Shown: positions 1-9,552 of the stretch, one piece after another
Position numbering within the stretch: position 1 is the stretch's first letter
Layout of the letters: the number at the start of each line of letters is the position of its first letter
Assembly (NCBI GenBank): GCA_041674405.1
Contig: JBAYVT010000004.1
Span: 60,001-92,000, forward strand
Length of the DNA: 32,000 bases
Reading direction: 5' to 3'
Origin: Patescibacteria group bacterium
GTDB taxonomy: Bacteria; Patescibacteriota; UBA1384; XYA2-FULL-43-10
Notes under the pieces: generated by a model
Told to the model about the DNA's origin: nothing
What the model saw: the letters and a program-made list of their open reading frames with translations, nothing else
The model's database searches: none
Position numbers and translations under genes: made by a program

Positions 1-2
1 TT

Positions 3-3000
3 TGCGAATACGCTCTTTGAATTGCCGTTAAATATATTGAAGATATCGTCAGCGGTCAATCTTCCGGATCCTATTTGTGTTCCGATAGATTGGTTTACAG
101 AAGATGCGGCAAGCTTGTCGACTATGTTGTAGCCAGAAACCTTTAGGTAGTCGAGCGGGACTTGCCCACCGGAGCTATTTTTATTCTGCCTTGAAAATAC
201 CGCTTCGCTTTCTTCAGTCGAGATATTTAGCCCGAAGTCCAAAATCTTTTCAAATTGGATAAGATTAGCATCGCTAAATGGCTTGGACGATGTATTATCA
301 GAAACAAATGTGTCTAGGGCAGCTTTTATTTTATCAGCACTTCCATAATCCTTTAGGAAGTCTTTTGCCGCGGCAATTCCTTCGGCAGAAAATTGTGGCG
401 GGAATGACCTAAAATAATTTTCGAGGTAAGAAGGAACTCCGCTGCCTGTTTGTGAAGCTCCTTTAGATATGTCCAAAGATAACAAATAAACTGCGTTTGC
501 AATTTCGTCAGTATAATTTATTTTTTTATCATCGTTTGCGCTCTTGTATTCACTAGCAGCAGAATATGTGCTAAATATATGTTCGCCGGCTTTGTCGAAA
601 TACACGTAGCTATTGTCTGGTATGGTCGTGCCTGCGATATCGACATTTTGTATGGGCTGGCAGGGATTGTCAGGCGTTGCTGCTGCCATTAAGTAATTGT
701 TGTGGTCGACGAAGTAAATTTGGTTAACCCCAGGATTGTCATTTCCTCCCTTGTGTGTCATAAACGCCTTAATCGCTGCTTCGGAAACATGCATTTTTGT
801 TGCCAAAAGCCTGATAGTATCGCTGTCAGCTTCCGATTGGTCATATCCACCGATTTGTTGTCCGGTGATAAATTTCTCGGTCGTCCCGGCCGGCAGCTTG
901 CTTTTCACGTCATTCGCAATCGCCTTGGAGCGAGCCGAAGACCACGCGCTGAAGCTGTTGTTCATAAGGTCATCAAGATCAAATCCCTTTAGTCCCATGC
1001 CCGATGCAAGAATATTGTTTGCTTTGCTCCGGCTTATTTTCAATTTGTTTACCATGCCGTCACGAAGGTCTGCCAAAGATTTTGGTGACGACAGATCAGA
1101 TCCTGTTAAAATTGAGCTTCCGGCAACTCCAGCTTGCTCCTCAAGAGCTGCTGAACCGATGGCACGGAAAAAAATGTCTTTGAAACTTTGGCTGTTCTTT
1201 GCTTGGTCATTGTTTTTTGCCAGAGCCAGTGCGTCCGAAGCATATTTTAGGGCCTTTGAAGAGATCCCCAAGCTGCCGCTTAGTTTAGCTGAGGCAGCGC
1301 CAGATACTAAATCTTGCAAAGTAGTTTTTCCGGACAGGAACGAAACCAGGTCTCCCAATCCAAGCTTGGAGCCACCCAGATCGATGGAGGAAAACTTAAT
1401 ATCACTCAAGTGCAAATCTTCAATCTTAAAATCCGCCTGCTCGTTTCCAGTGGTGATCTCATATGCAGATTTTGTGATATCTTGTACATTCTGCATTACG
1501 CCATTGAGCTGGTGCAGATAATCGGAAAATGTTCCGTCATTGCTTGAAAGGCCTTCGGAGAGATCTGTAGATCCGGAAAATACCGGGGAGCTTGCTTCGT
1601 TAATGATACTGCCAATCGCGATTGCGGCTGTTGTTGTGTCTCCGCCTCCCGGGTTTGCATCAGCCTTTTCGGCAGCGGTCGCGAACACAGACAAAGCCTG
1701 TTTTAGAGCGTCATCCTTTGCTTTTATTGTGCTATTTAATTTGTCTGATACTGCGCTTGAAGCAGACGTATAACTTTGTATTCGTTGATTTAGAGTGTTC
1801 AGTGTGGACTTAATGCCGTTGATTCGGTCGGTATAATATGCCTGATCGCGAACATTTTTATTTTCTAATACATTTGAATTGTTTGCTTCTTGTGTTTTTT
1901 TATCGTCATAGCCCGAAGTCTCAAGTGCTTGCCTTAAGTTTTTTTGCCCTATTTTTTTGAAAGTACCGGCCGGGTCTGATCCTATGCCAAATAAATTTGC
2001 GAAATCGATCTGGTTTATGCCAAGCCTTGAGGCATAGGTTTGCACCTGGATTTGTGCGGTCTGCAAAGACGGCTCCTCTGCTGTATTGGTGGGAACATCT
2101 GTTGTAAATGTTGCATTTGGATTTTTAAACCAGTTGCTCAAATTTGTTCTTGATTGCTCGCCGTTTTCAAGAGCGCTCGATAGAGCAAAGATGCCAGCGT
2201 TCAATAACTGGTCCTGAGAAATTGTCCCCCCAAGAAAACTGGCCAGAGTGCCGGCAGGCAGATTAAAAATACTATCATTTTGGCCATATGAACCATTAAA
2301 GTTTTTGTATACATCCGCTCTTTTTGTGATGTAGCTTTCTGCAATTTGCTGTAGATAATTTGGAAGAGAAAGAACCCCGGCCTTAAGAGACGCTGTTGTT
2401 CCCGATCCCAAGCCGAAATCGGTATCGAGGGCACTTGGAAATGCGATTATGGTTGAAAGCTGGTTTTTTCCAATTGTAGAAAGCACATCATTAAGTCCGG
2501 ATTTATTGAATGATCCCGAGGCAAGGCCAAATTGATTTTCAATTAATCTTGCTCCGATTTGGCTATATAGGCTTGGCTGATTCATTGACTGAACGTCGAA
2601 AACTCCCTCTGGCAGTGAAAGTTCTTGAATTATTCTCTCTCTTCCGATTTGGGCGAGAATATCGGCCCTGTTCTCGCCGGTGAGTGAGCCGTAGGGGAGG
2701 CCAAGGGCTTGTTCTATCCCGGCCCTACCCAGAGATTCTTCGAGGCCATCAATATTTAAGACCGAACCATCCATAAATGGGCCAGAAGGCAACGATAAGG
2801 CTTCTGCAATTATCGAGCCGCCGATTTGTTGTAACGTACCGGAAAGGTCAAGGTTCCAAAAATCTGAATCAGTTCCAGAGTTGATGGTATTGGCAAGAAA
2901 TTGTTGGCCAACCAAGGTTAATACATCACTGAAACTATCTATGTTCATATTCTGTATATCAGAGAAATTCAGCCCGAGGCCAGATAGCATTTCAGTTATC

Positions 3001-4265
3001 GAGTCCTGGGACATTCTCTGTATTGCCGTATTGAAACTGGAATCAATCGCTGCCTTGTCTTTATTGTATCCTTCGGATGTTTGCCACAAGAGCTTAATGT
3101 TCATTGGAGGCTGGGGGATCTTGGTATCGCTGCCAATGCGGCGTTTTTTGATCAAGGTGCAGCGTATATCATCGATTTGCGAAATATCAAAAGCCTGCCC
3201 TGCATTATGCGCTGAAACTATCCGCGGGCTTTCATTGGTAATAATAAAATCTGAGATCGATTTCCCGTTATCATCAACGAGTTGCCCGCTTAAGAGGCTA
3301 TCCTTTTGCTGAATTCCTGCTTCCGCTGCTAGTTCCCCAACGCCAGAATTGTCTTCCTGTGCCTTGTATTCCTCAATTGTTTGTTCTGATTCGGCTTTTT
3401 TCTCACTGTCTTTTTGTTCGGCCACCTCAGATTCCCTGGAGAATTTGGTTACATCGTTTGTATAACTATTTCTAATCTTATCAACCTGAATTCGCCAGTG
3501 CCCGGCACCTCCAATGGGGCTATTTTTTGGACGGACCAGATAATTGAGGGTATCAATAATCCGTTTATCAATTTTGGTATTTATAATACCTTCGACAGCG
3601 GAAACCACATATTGTTTTCCTGAATCATCCTGCATTTGTTGAATCATTGATTCTTGGTCAGTTTCAAATATCTGTGCAAGAATATTTGGGCTTGCGAGAA
3701 GACGCTGTGTTAGATATCCCTGCGTGAAATATTTTGCGGATGCGTTGTCAGCAAATTTTGAAAAGCCTTCCCAGTCACTTTCGCGCATTTGGTTTAGGCT
3801 GCTTATGTCTTTGCCGGTTAAGCGTGAAAGCTCAGACGCATCGCTTTTAAGGTCTGGGAGAACAGAATTGACCAAAGCAATATTTTCCAGATCTTTCTTG
3901 TCGCTTGGGTTTAGAATTATTTTGTCCGACAAAATCAAACCGGTTGAGCTCGCATTTTTATTAAGTGGTGCAGGCGCAACGTATTGGGTGACTGGGGCTG
4001 CATCAGTGTCTGGGGTGGCAATCAACTCATCGGCAGGGAGCGAATCATCAAAATTATCTGTTGCCGGTCCGCTTGCGGGAACTGTATCTTTAGCAGATTC
4101 TCCGGAGTAATCAGCATCTGACCCAACCTGGTCATTTCCTGAATTAGCATATTGATCCTCTTCGAGTGCCTGCACAATCATGGGTTGGTATGGCAACATT
4201 ACCGAAGTTATGATTACAATCGGTATTACTAGAAAAGAAAACAATTTTATAAATTTATTTGTCAT
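3..4265 (-). CDS. Giant secreted/extracellular protein of unknown function, partial (runs off the left edge; at least 1421 codons)
   Basis: Manual reading of the minus frame from ATG at 4265: no TTA/CTA/TCA in plus triplets starting at positions 0 mod 3 was seen down to position 3. N-terminus MTNKFIKLFSFLVIPIVIITSVMLPYQPMIVQALEEDQ looks like a Sec signal peptide. Overlaps the end of the upstream ORF by 11 nt. Absent from the supplied track, probably because it has no stop inside the window. Confidence 0.88.
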   Translation of the reverse strand, partial: MTNKFIKLFSFLVIPIVIITSVMLPYQPMIVQALEEDQYANSGNDQVGSDADYSGESAKDTVPASGPATDNFDDSLPADELIATPDTDAAPVTQYVAPAPLNKNASSTGLILSDKIILNPSDKKDLENIALVNSVLPDLKSDASELSRLTGKDISSLNQMRESDWEGFSKFADNASAKYFTQGYLTQRLLASPNILAQIFETDQESMIQQMQDDSGKQYVVSAVEGIINTKIDKRIIDTLNYLVRPKNSPIGGAGHWRIQVDKIRNSYTNDVTKFSRESEVAEQKDSEKKAESEQTIEEYKAQEDNSGVGELAAEAGIQQKDSLLSGQLVDDNGKSISDFIITNESPRIVSAHNAGQAFDISQIDDIRCTLIKKRRIGSDTKIPQPPMNIKLLWQTSEGYNKDKAAIDSSFNTAIQRMSQDSITEMLSGLGLNFSDIQNMNIDSFSDVLTLVGQQFLANTINSGTDSDFWNLDLSGTLQQIGGSIIAEALSLPSGPFMDGSVLNIDGLEESLGRAGIEQALGLPYGSLTGENRADILAQIGRERIIQELSLPEGVFDVQSMNQPSLYSQIGARLIENQFGLASGSFNKSGLNDVLSTIGKNQLSTIIAFPSALDTDFGLGSGTTASLKAGVLSLPNYLQQIAESYITKRADVYKNFNGSYGQNDSIFNLPAGTLASFLGGTISQDQLLNAGIFALSSALENGEQSRTNLSNWFKNPNATFTTDVPTNTAEEPSLQTAQIQVQTYASRLGINQIDFANLFGIGSDPAGTFKKIGQKNLRQALETSGYDDKKTQEANNSNVLENKNVRDQAYYTDRINGIKSTLNTLNQRIQSYTSASSAVSDKLNSTIKAKDDALKQALSVFATAAEKADANPGGGDTTTAAIAIGSIINEASSPVFSGSTDLSEGLSSNDGTFSDYLHQLNGVMQNVQDITKSAYEITTGNEQADFKIEDLHLSDIKFSSIDLGGSKLGLGDLVSFLSGKTTLQDLVSGAASAKLSGSLGISSKALKYASDALALAKNNDQAKNSQSFKDIFFRAIGSAALEEQAGVAGSSILTGSDLSSPKSLADLRDGMVNKLKISRSKANNILASGMGLKGFDLDDLMNNSFSAWSSARSKAIANDVKSKLPAGTTEKFITGQQIGGYDQSEADSDTIRLLATKMHVSEAAIKAFMTHKGGNDNPGVNQIYFVDHNNYLMAAATPDNPCQPIQNVDIAGTTIPDNSYVYFDKAGEHIFSTYSAASEYKSANDDKKINYTDEIANAVYLLSLDISKGASQTGSGVPSYLENYFRSFPPQFSAEGIAAAKDFLKDYGSADKIKAALDTFVSDNTSSKPFSDANLIQFEKILDFGLNISTEESEAVFSRQNKNSSGGQVPLDYLKVSGYNIVDKLAASSVNQSIGTQIGSGRLTADDIFNIFNGNSKSVFA
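2240..2815 (-). repeat. Degenerate protein repeats of about 28-31 aa inside the giant ORF, motif like G-x3-I-x2-x-[LF]-x-L-[PA]-x-G-x-[FL]
   Basis: Translated segments GGSIIAEALSLPSGPF, GRAGIEQALGLPYGSL, IGRERIIQELSLPEGVF, IGARLIENQFGLASGSF, plus a more distant FNLPAGTLASF. Confidence 0.6.
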
Positions 4266-5268
4266 GAAGGGCCCATAGTCCTTTTATAAGTCCGCTATTT
4301 AATTCGCTGGCAGGCGAATATCTGGCCGGCCGGCCGCGCGACGCTTCGGCTGAAGGATCGTTCAGTACTAAGAATTTGTCGTCTTTGCTCACTCCGATAA
4401 TTACAACCCAGTGTTGGCCGGTAGCCCGAAAGGCTGTAATACCTTGTGCTAAAATTGGATTTCCAGCGGCAATCTCTTTTTTGACCGAGTCTAAATTTCG
4501 AGGGACCTGTGCGAGCTCTTTGTTTAACCCTTTACTGTTTATGTAGCTGACCCAAGTAGCCTTGTCGAGCGCCATGCTGTGGTTTGTGTCAGCCAAATAC
4601 TGGCCTAAAATATAGGGGGTTATTCCGGAAACTCCATAATAATTTGCAATCATTGCGGATGATGTAATTGCACACGCAGCACCTGCATACGAATTACGTT
4701 TACTGCTCCATCCTGCTGCTTGGCCAGGTTTGTCTCCCCATCTGGGATCGCCTTGATTGAAATACCATTTTGTCGGATCTCCAGGAACCGTTATTGAGTT
4801 GCCAAGAACTTGTTTTATATCGGCGGCATCAGCCTCGCTATAAACCGAAGCATCGATTGGCTGAGATTTTCCATCCATTCCACGATTTGATCCTGACATT
4901 CTGCCAAAGGCAGGGACGGTTATGAAAAATATTAGGAGAATGACAATGGCAATTGTGGTTAATGTCGGCCAGTTTGCGATCAAAAATGTTTTCAAAAAAT
5001 TTTTGGTCGCGAATTTTAGTGCTTTGTTCGATAAATTATCCAGCGCTTTGCCAATAACCGGTAGTCTCTTTGCTGCCTCCCACGCTCCGCCAGTTGCTGC
5101 ATCAAGCGCCTTGTCTTTGCCTGCATCGATTGCTTTATTAAGGACCTTGTTGCCGGTAACGCCGGAACCAGAACCGGATTTTGCCGCCGTTATGGCCGAG
5201 CCTCTCTCGTTTGGGCGCGGAGCCTCTGATTGTCCATCTAAATTTTCGTTATTAAATTCTTCTGGCAT
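4255..5268 (-). CDS. Membrane-anchored C39-like (papain-fold) cysteine peptidase family protein
   Basis: Track ORF 4255..5313; preferred start ATG at 5268 with upstream GGAG. N-terminal TM segment (TLTTIAIVILLIFFITVPAF). Peptidase_C39_2-like pattern: YFNQGDPRWGD...GAACAITSSAMIANYYG...QHWVVIIGVSKDDKFLVLNDPSAE (Cys/His/Asp-Asn). Confidence 0.75.
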   Translation of the reverse strand: MPEEFNNENLDGQSEAPRPNERGSAITAAKSGSGSGVTGNKVLNKAIDAGKDKALDAATGGAWEAAKRLPVIGKALDNLSNKALKFATKNFLKTFLIANWPTLTTIAIVILLIFFITVPAFGRMSGSNRGMDGKSQPIDASVYSEADAADIKQVLGNSITVPGDPTKWYFNQGDPRWGDKPGQAAGWSSKRNSYAGAACAITSSAMIANYYGVSGITPYILGQYLADTNHSMALDKATWVSYINSKGLNKELAQVPRNLDSVKKEIAAGNPILAQGITAFRATGQHWVVIIGVSKDDKFLVLNDPSAEASRGRPARYSPASELNSGLIKGLWALHDK

Positions 5269-5270
5269 AT

Positions 5271-6419
5271 TTAGCTCCAATTTCCTCCATATTGAAAATG
5301 CATTGCGTCGCATACTCCCTTAAATTTTGCTCCCCAAAAAAACCCGTTTTTTTCAAAAGCATCTGAAACAGCTTTGGGAATATCATGGGGGCACCCTGCT
5401 GGGTCACGAGGCCTTCCGGATCGTCTTCCATTGGGATTTTGGCCTGGATTAATATCACATGCTGCGCCAGTTGAGTGTGGGCTAAGAAGGCTGGGGCTAT
5501 TCACATTGTGCCTCCAGTTATAACATCCAATATCTTTGATCTTGTATGTTGATCCACTACTTTTGATATCATTTACAACATTTTGGAGGGCAGGAACTAT
5601 ATACTTATTTACTCGAATTGAGTGGCCGAGAAAATTGAAATTAACTAGCTGCTTTTCTACTTCATTTTGTGTTTTTGAATGAAGAGCAGACTGAGCCTGT
5701 GATAATGACTTCCAGATTCCCACCTGTCCACTGCTTCCCGGACCATAACCACGAAAGTCTAAAGATCCGGAGACAAAATTATTAACTGGATTGGGGCTGG
5801 AACATTGTATTTGCCCAGGAACCAATTGTTTTAGAAAAGTGAAAAATATTTCCCTGTCTTCCGAGACATTATTTCTTGAATCAGATTCCGGCGTATATGC
5901 ATCGATCCACCAAGTTTGAATCGCGGTTCCGGCAGGGCGATTTCCATAAGGCGCAACATTATCTCGTGCTTTTGTCAGGGTTTTTACATGTTTTGTGAGC
6001 TGGTCCTCGAAGGATGTGCTACCAGGAGCGACGCCAAACGCATAGCTTGGTTTGCCAAAGTTTTGCTCCTTGCCCCATGTGGCGATTGCTACAGCCGGAT
6101 TTACACCAGCGGCCCTTGTGGCCTGAAGGATCTGATCAATACGCTCCTTGGAAGGCATGATACTTCTTCCGCCGAGTTTGGAGATTACAGAAGCAGAATC
6201 TGGAATTTCAGATGTGGAAGGACTTGTCCAGTTCTGATCTGGCATAACACATTCACCACCACCCCCCATAGCCAAGGGGGTTTCACCGGTGTTTTTGCGC
6301 ATTGTTGCAAATGTCATGCCAGCAGCTGTGCCGGCGACGAGGAATGTCAAAACTGCGCTGATTCCAATTGCAATCACCACATTTCCTCCGGATCGTGAAT
6401 TTAATTTGGCTCCCTCCAT
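5271..6419 (-). CDS. Two-domain peptidoglycan hydrolase: N-terminal glucosaminidase/lysozyme-like region plus C-terminal VanY/M15-type D,D-carboxypeptidase-like domain
   Basis: N-terminal TM (GNVVIAIGISAVLTFLVAGTAAG), GVNPAVAIATWGKEQNFGKPS region, C-terminal SPHSTGAACDIN...CDAMHFQYGG matching the M15 Zn ligand pattern (H...D...H). Confidence 0.72.
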   Translation of the reverse strand: MEGAKLNSRSGGNVVIAIGISAVLTFLVAGTAAGMTFATMRKNTGETPLAMGGGGECVMPDQNWTSPSTSEIPDSASVISKLGGRSIMPSKERIDQILQATRAAGVNPAVAIATWGKEQNFGKPSYAFGVAPGSTSFEDQLTKHVKTLTKARDNVAPYGNRPAGTAIQTWWIDAYTPESDSRNNVSEDREIFFTFLKQLVPGQIQCSSPNPVNNFVSGSLDFRGYGPGSSGQVGIWKSLSQAQSALHSKTQNEVEKQLVNFNFLGHSIRVNKYIVPALQNVVNDIKSSGSTYKIKDIGCYNWRHNVNSPSLLSPHSTGAACDINPGQNPNGRRSGRPRDPAGCPHDIPKAVSDAFEKNGFFWGAKFKGVCDAMHFQYGGNWS

Positions 6420-6430
6420 TTATCCCTCGC

Positions 6431-7702
6431 CTACAAACCTGTTTGATACAAATGGTTATTCGAAACAAAGTATAGAGTTTTGTTGTCCTTCGAAATCGAA
6501 AGTTCTGTAATATATACGCCCGAAAGTGGAATCGAGAAACCGATTTTTTGTTTAGAATCTACATTAAATTTAAACAAACTTTCTTGCTGTGTCTCCGGGT
6601 CATAGGTAGCGACGGCGATATTGGAATTATCAATCCAAACAATTTTGGAGATTATCGCTTTTATTCCAAGATCTCTGGCGTTTGATCCGTCGCTATTCAT
6701 AACGGATACCTCTGATTTAACTGGATTTGAAGGGTCATCCGAGGTGGTTGTGTAGATAATTTTATTACCATCTGGCGAATATAAGGCTTCTTGGTTGTTG
6801 CCAGTGTCGGTAATATTTTTTACAGCCATCGTGTAAGCATTCAAAAGATAAATTTTGTTGCCGCTTGCATCGGTATTGCGTGGGATAATAAGCAGCCATT
6901 CTGACGAAGGCGACCATCTAAGATATGGGTTTGTAATGCCGTAATCTTTTAGGTTGAGGGCACGTTTGATGTTTGTGTTTGCCTTGTCCGCGAAAATGAT
7001 TGATTGTTCGCCCGAAGATGGGGCATATGAATAAGCAATCTTGGAATCGTCTGGTGCCCAGGCGACATTACCGATATCGTCCCCAAATTTAACTTCCTGT
7101 TGGCTGACAAAATTATATTTTTGAAAATCAAAAAAGTATGCGGCGCTTCCTTTCTGAAAGAGGGCAGCATCTTTCTTGGGTCCCCAGACAATATTCGTAA
7201 TTCCGGAAAAACCAGGATTTGATATCTGTCTTACATAGTCTACACTGCGGTCAGATTTGAACTGGATTTTGTAAAGTGCTGATTTGCCGCTTCCTAGAAA
7301 CATAAGCGAGTCATCTTCATCACCGGTTGTGATATTATCTACCGGCAAATCTTTAATGTTACCAAGTGGCAGGACAATCGGTTTTGGTACCTCGACAAGA
7401 TCAACTTGCACAGATTTACTGCGCCCGCCACTCAGAGTCAAATTCATAATTTGCGTTACGTATCCGTTTTTCTTGACAGTCAGAACATGATCGCCGGGTT
7501 TTGTGGTAATCTTGGCCGTGCCGTCAGGCAGGGTGCTTACAGGGGCGCTGTCAAGCAAAATGTTGGCGTCTTGCGGGGTAAATTTGACCGACAGAGTAGA
7601 TCGGTTCAGGAGAATTATTAGGACCACCGCTGCAACCACTAAAATTCCCAAAAGCAGATACGCTTTTGATCTTAAAAAATTCATTTCGTCTGTGATTTTC
7701 AT
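6431..7702 (-). CDS. Membrane-anchored protein with PEGA-like domain and TolB/WD40-like beta-propeller
   Basis: Track ORF 6431..7768; preferred start ATG 7702 with GGGAG SD. N-terminal TM (LLLGILVVAAVVLIILL), PEGA-like STLPDGTAKITTKPGDHVLTVKKNGY, propeller-like VWAPDDSKIAYSY, RWSPSSEWLLII, LYSPDGNKIIY. Confidence 0.65.
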   Translation of the reverse strand: MKITDEMNFLRSKAYLLLGILVVAAVVLIILLNRSTLSVKFTPQDANILLDSAPVSTLPDGTAKITTKPGDHVLTVKKNGYVTQIMNLTLSGGRSKSVQVDLVEVPKPIVLPLGNIKDLPVDNITTGDEDDSLMFLGSGKSALYKIQFKSDRSVDYVRQISNPGFSGITNIVWGPKKDAALFQKGSAAYFFDFQKYNFVSQQEVKFGDDIGNVAWAPDDSKIAYSYAPSSGEQSIIFADKANTNIKRALNLKDYGITNPYLRWSPSSEWLLIIPRNTDASGNKIYLLNAYTMAVKNITDTGNNQEALYSPDGNKIIYTTTSDDPSNPVKSEVSVMNSDGSNARDLGIKAIISKIVWIDNSNIAVATYDPETQQESLFKFNVDSKQKIGFSIPLSGVYITELSISKDNKTLYFVSNNHLYQTGL

Positions 7703-7703
7703 A

Positions 7704-9551
7704 TTATTCTCCCAATAATTGTTTCGGATCCGTGGTGATGATTTGATCTTCGGCATATGATGCAACAATTTTTATGGCGACATGGTTTAAACCGGCGAAA
7801 AACAATCCTTCGCCTACATCCGATTGCAATAGAATATATTTTTCCCCCTCCGTAAGGCCGAAAGTCTCTGCGATTACATCGATTGACGAAGTGGATTGCT
7901 TCATGAGCATCTGCATAGAAGAGTTGGCAACCACTGCTTTTCCATATCTTGAACCTAAGAAATCTTCCACATCTTGGCTGATCACGGTAACTCCAAGGTA
8001 GTATTTGCGCGCCCGTTTTACTAAGCCGTGTAAGAATTTGGCAGAATCTTCGTATTGCATCATCCACCAAGCTTCATCAATAACCATCAAGCGGCGGCGC
8101 ATATCCATGCGGATTTTGGTCCAGATATAATTTAATATCAGATACATCGCGATCGGCCGAAGTTGCTCTTCGAGATCGCGGACCGAAAACACCACAAAAC
8201 CAGGCTTGAGTTCAAAGTTGGTAGTCTGGTTGAACATGCCAGCAAACGTGCCTTCGGTATATTTAGACAACCGCGCCCTCAAAGACTCGCTGCTGCCCAT
8301 ATTGGACAGAACATTGTAGAAATCTTGCATCACTGGCGGCTCATTTTTTTGGCTCTCTGGGTCGGTAGTAATGTCTTTGATCGCATATGTCTCATACAAA
8401 CCCTTATCTACCAGAGCGTCTTCTTCTGGGGAAAGTCCACCAACCATAAGATTGATGAGTCCGTGCAACGAAGAGATGGTTGACCTTAGAACATCATCTC
8501 CCGATTCTTCTCCTGATTCGGAATGGGGAAGATCAAAAGGGTTAATGCGATGCTCGGCATTTAAAGAAATGCTTAGATAACTGCCCCCGACGGCCTCACA
8601 GAGCGACTTATATTCATTTTCTGGGTCAACTACGACCACATCTGTTCCCGACATCAAATAGCGCAAAATTTCAAGCTTAACTGCGTAAGATTTACCAGAG
8701 CCGGACTTTGCAAAAACCACTGAATTGGCATTTTCCAGATCAAATCTGTCAAAAATTATCAAAGAATTATTGTGGCGATTGATCCCGTACAATATTCCGT
8801 CATCCTGGGTAAGCTCAGTAGATGTAAACGGGAAGGTTGATGAGAGTGATCCAGTATCAAGGTTGCGAAGAACACCGATTTCATCAGTCATCAGAGGAAG
8901 GGTGGTGTTGAAACCCTGTTCCATCTGCAGGAGTGTTTGTTTGGAGTAAACTAGCATGCCGCCGAGAGTAGATTCAAGCTGTTCTGTCAGGGTGTTGAGA
9001 TCGTCTGGGGTTTTTCCATAAATTGTGAAATATAATCCGAACTGGAACAACCTCATCTCACCTCGTTGTAACACGTCACGCAAGGACTCAACATCTCCTA
9101 GTGCTGTTTCCATTTCCGGATCTCTTGGGGCACCCTTCTCTTGCTCGATCATCATCGTTGACTCAAGTTTTCCGACTTGTTTTTTAAGGTCATACATGAC
9201 ATCTTTTGACTCGAGCGGGTGAATATACATCCCAATATCCATCGTAAGATCATAATCAATGATTGGGGAAAGCCAATTTGTATCTAGGTAACGCGGATAG
9301 GTAAATACGAATAAAGTTTTGATAAAATACTCACCCAGTTGCAGATAATTCGGTGTCACAACAAAAGCTGCCGGAGCGATGAGGTCACGCACCGAAGATA
9401 ATCCCTGCGATACGGCATCGATTGTTTGGTCGGTTGCCTTATCGGCCCAGAATTTAGGATCCGAAGCTTGTTTTTCTCGCTTTGCAATGTTTTTTTGGGC
9501 AAGAGCTCTTGGGTCCTGGGTTGCTATTTGTTTTTGATCGTTATCAGCCAT
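7704..9551 (-). CDS. VirB4/TraC-family T4SS ATPase (ATPase part)
   Basis: Walker A VVFAKSGSGKSYAVK; Walker B RRRLMVIDEAWWMM; VirB4-like LHGLVKRARKYYLGVTVISQDVEDF. Track start 9563 is TTG; ATG at 9551 preferred. Confidence 0.9.
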   Translation of the reverse strand: MADNDQKQIATQDPRALAQKNIAKREKQASDPKFWADKATDQTIDAVSQGLSSVRDLIAPAAFVVTPNYLQLGEYFIKTLFVFTYPRYLDTNWLSPIIDYDLTMDIGMYIHPLESKDVMYDLKKQVGKLESTMMIEQEKGAPRDPEMETALGDVESLRDVLQRGEMRLFQFGLYFTIYGKTPDDLNTLTEQLESTLGGMLVYSKQTLLQMEQGFNTTLPLMTDEIGVLRNLDTGSLSSTFPFTSTELTQDDGILYGINRHNNSLIIFDRFDLENANSVVFAKSGSGKSYAVKLEILRYLMSGTDVVVVDPENEYKSLCEAVGGSYLSISLNAEHRINPFDLPHSESGEESGDDVLRSTISSLHGLINLMVGGLSPEEDALVDKGLYETYAIKDITTDPESQKNEPPVMQDFYNVLSNMGSSESLRARLSKYTEGTFAGMFNQTTNFELKPGFVVFSVRDLEEQLRPIAMYLILNYIWTKIRMDMRRRLMVIDEAWWMMQYEDSAKFLHGLVKRARKYYLGVTVISQDVEDFLGSRYGKAVVANSSMQMLMKQSTSSIDVIAETFGLTEGEKYILLQSDVGEGLFFAGLNHVAIKIVASYAEDQIITTDPKQLLGE

Positions 9552-9552
9552 T

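Noticed and set aside
702-4110. Series of plus-strand ORFs (702..992, 736..1521, 2881..3312, 3724..4110 and others)
   Set aside because: They lie antisense to the continuous minus-strand giant ORF, which has signal peptide and coding character; the plus ORFs have low-complexity or shadow-frame composition.
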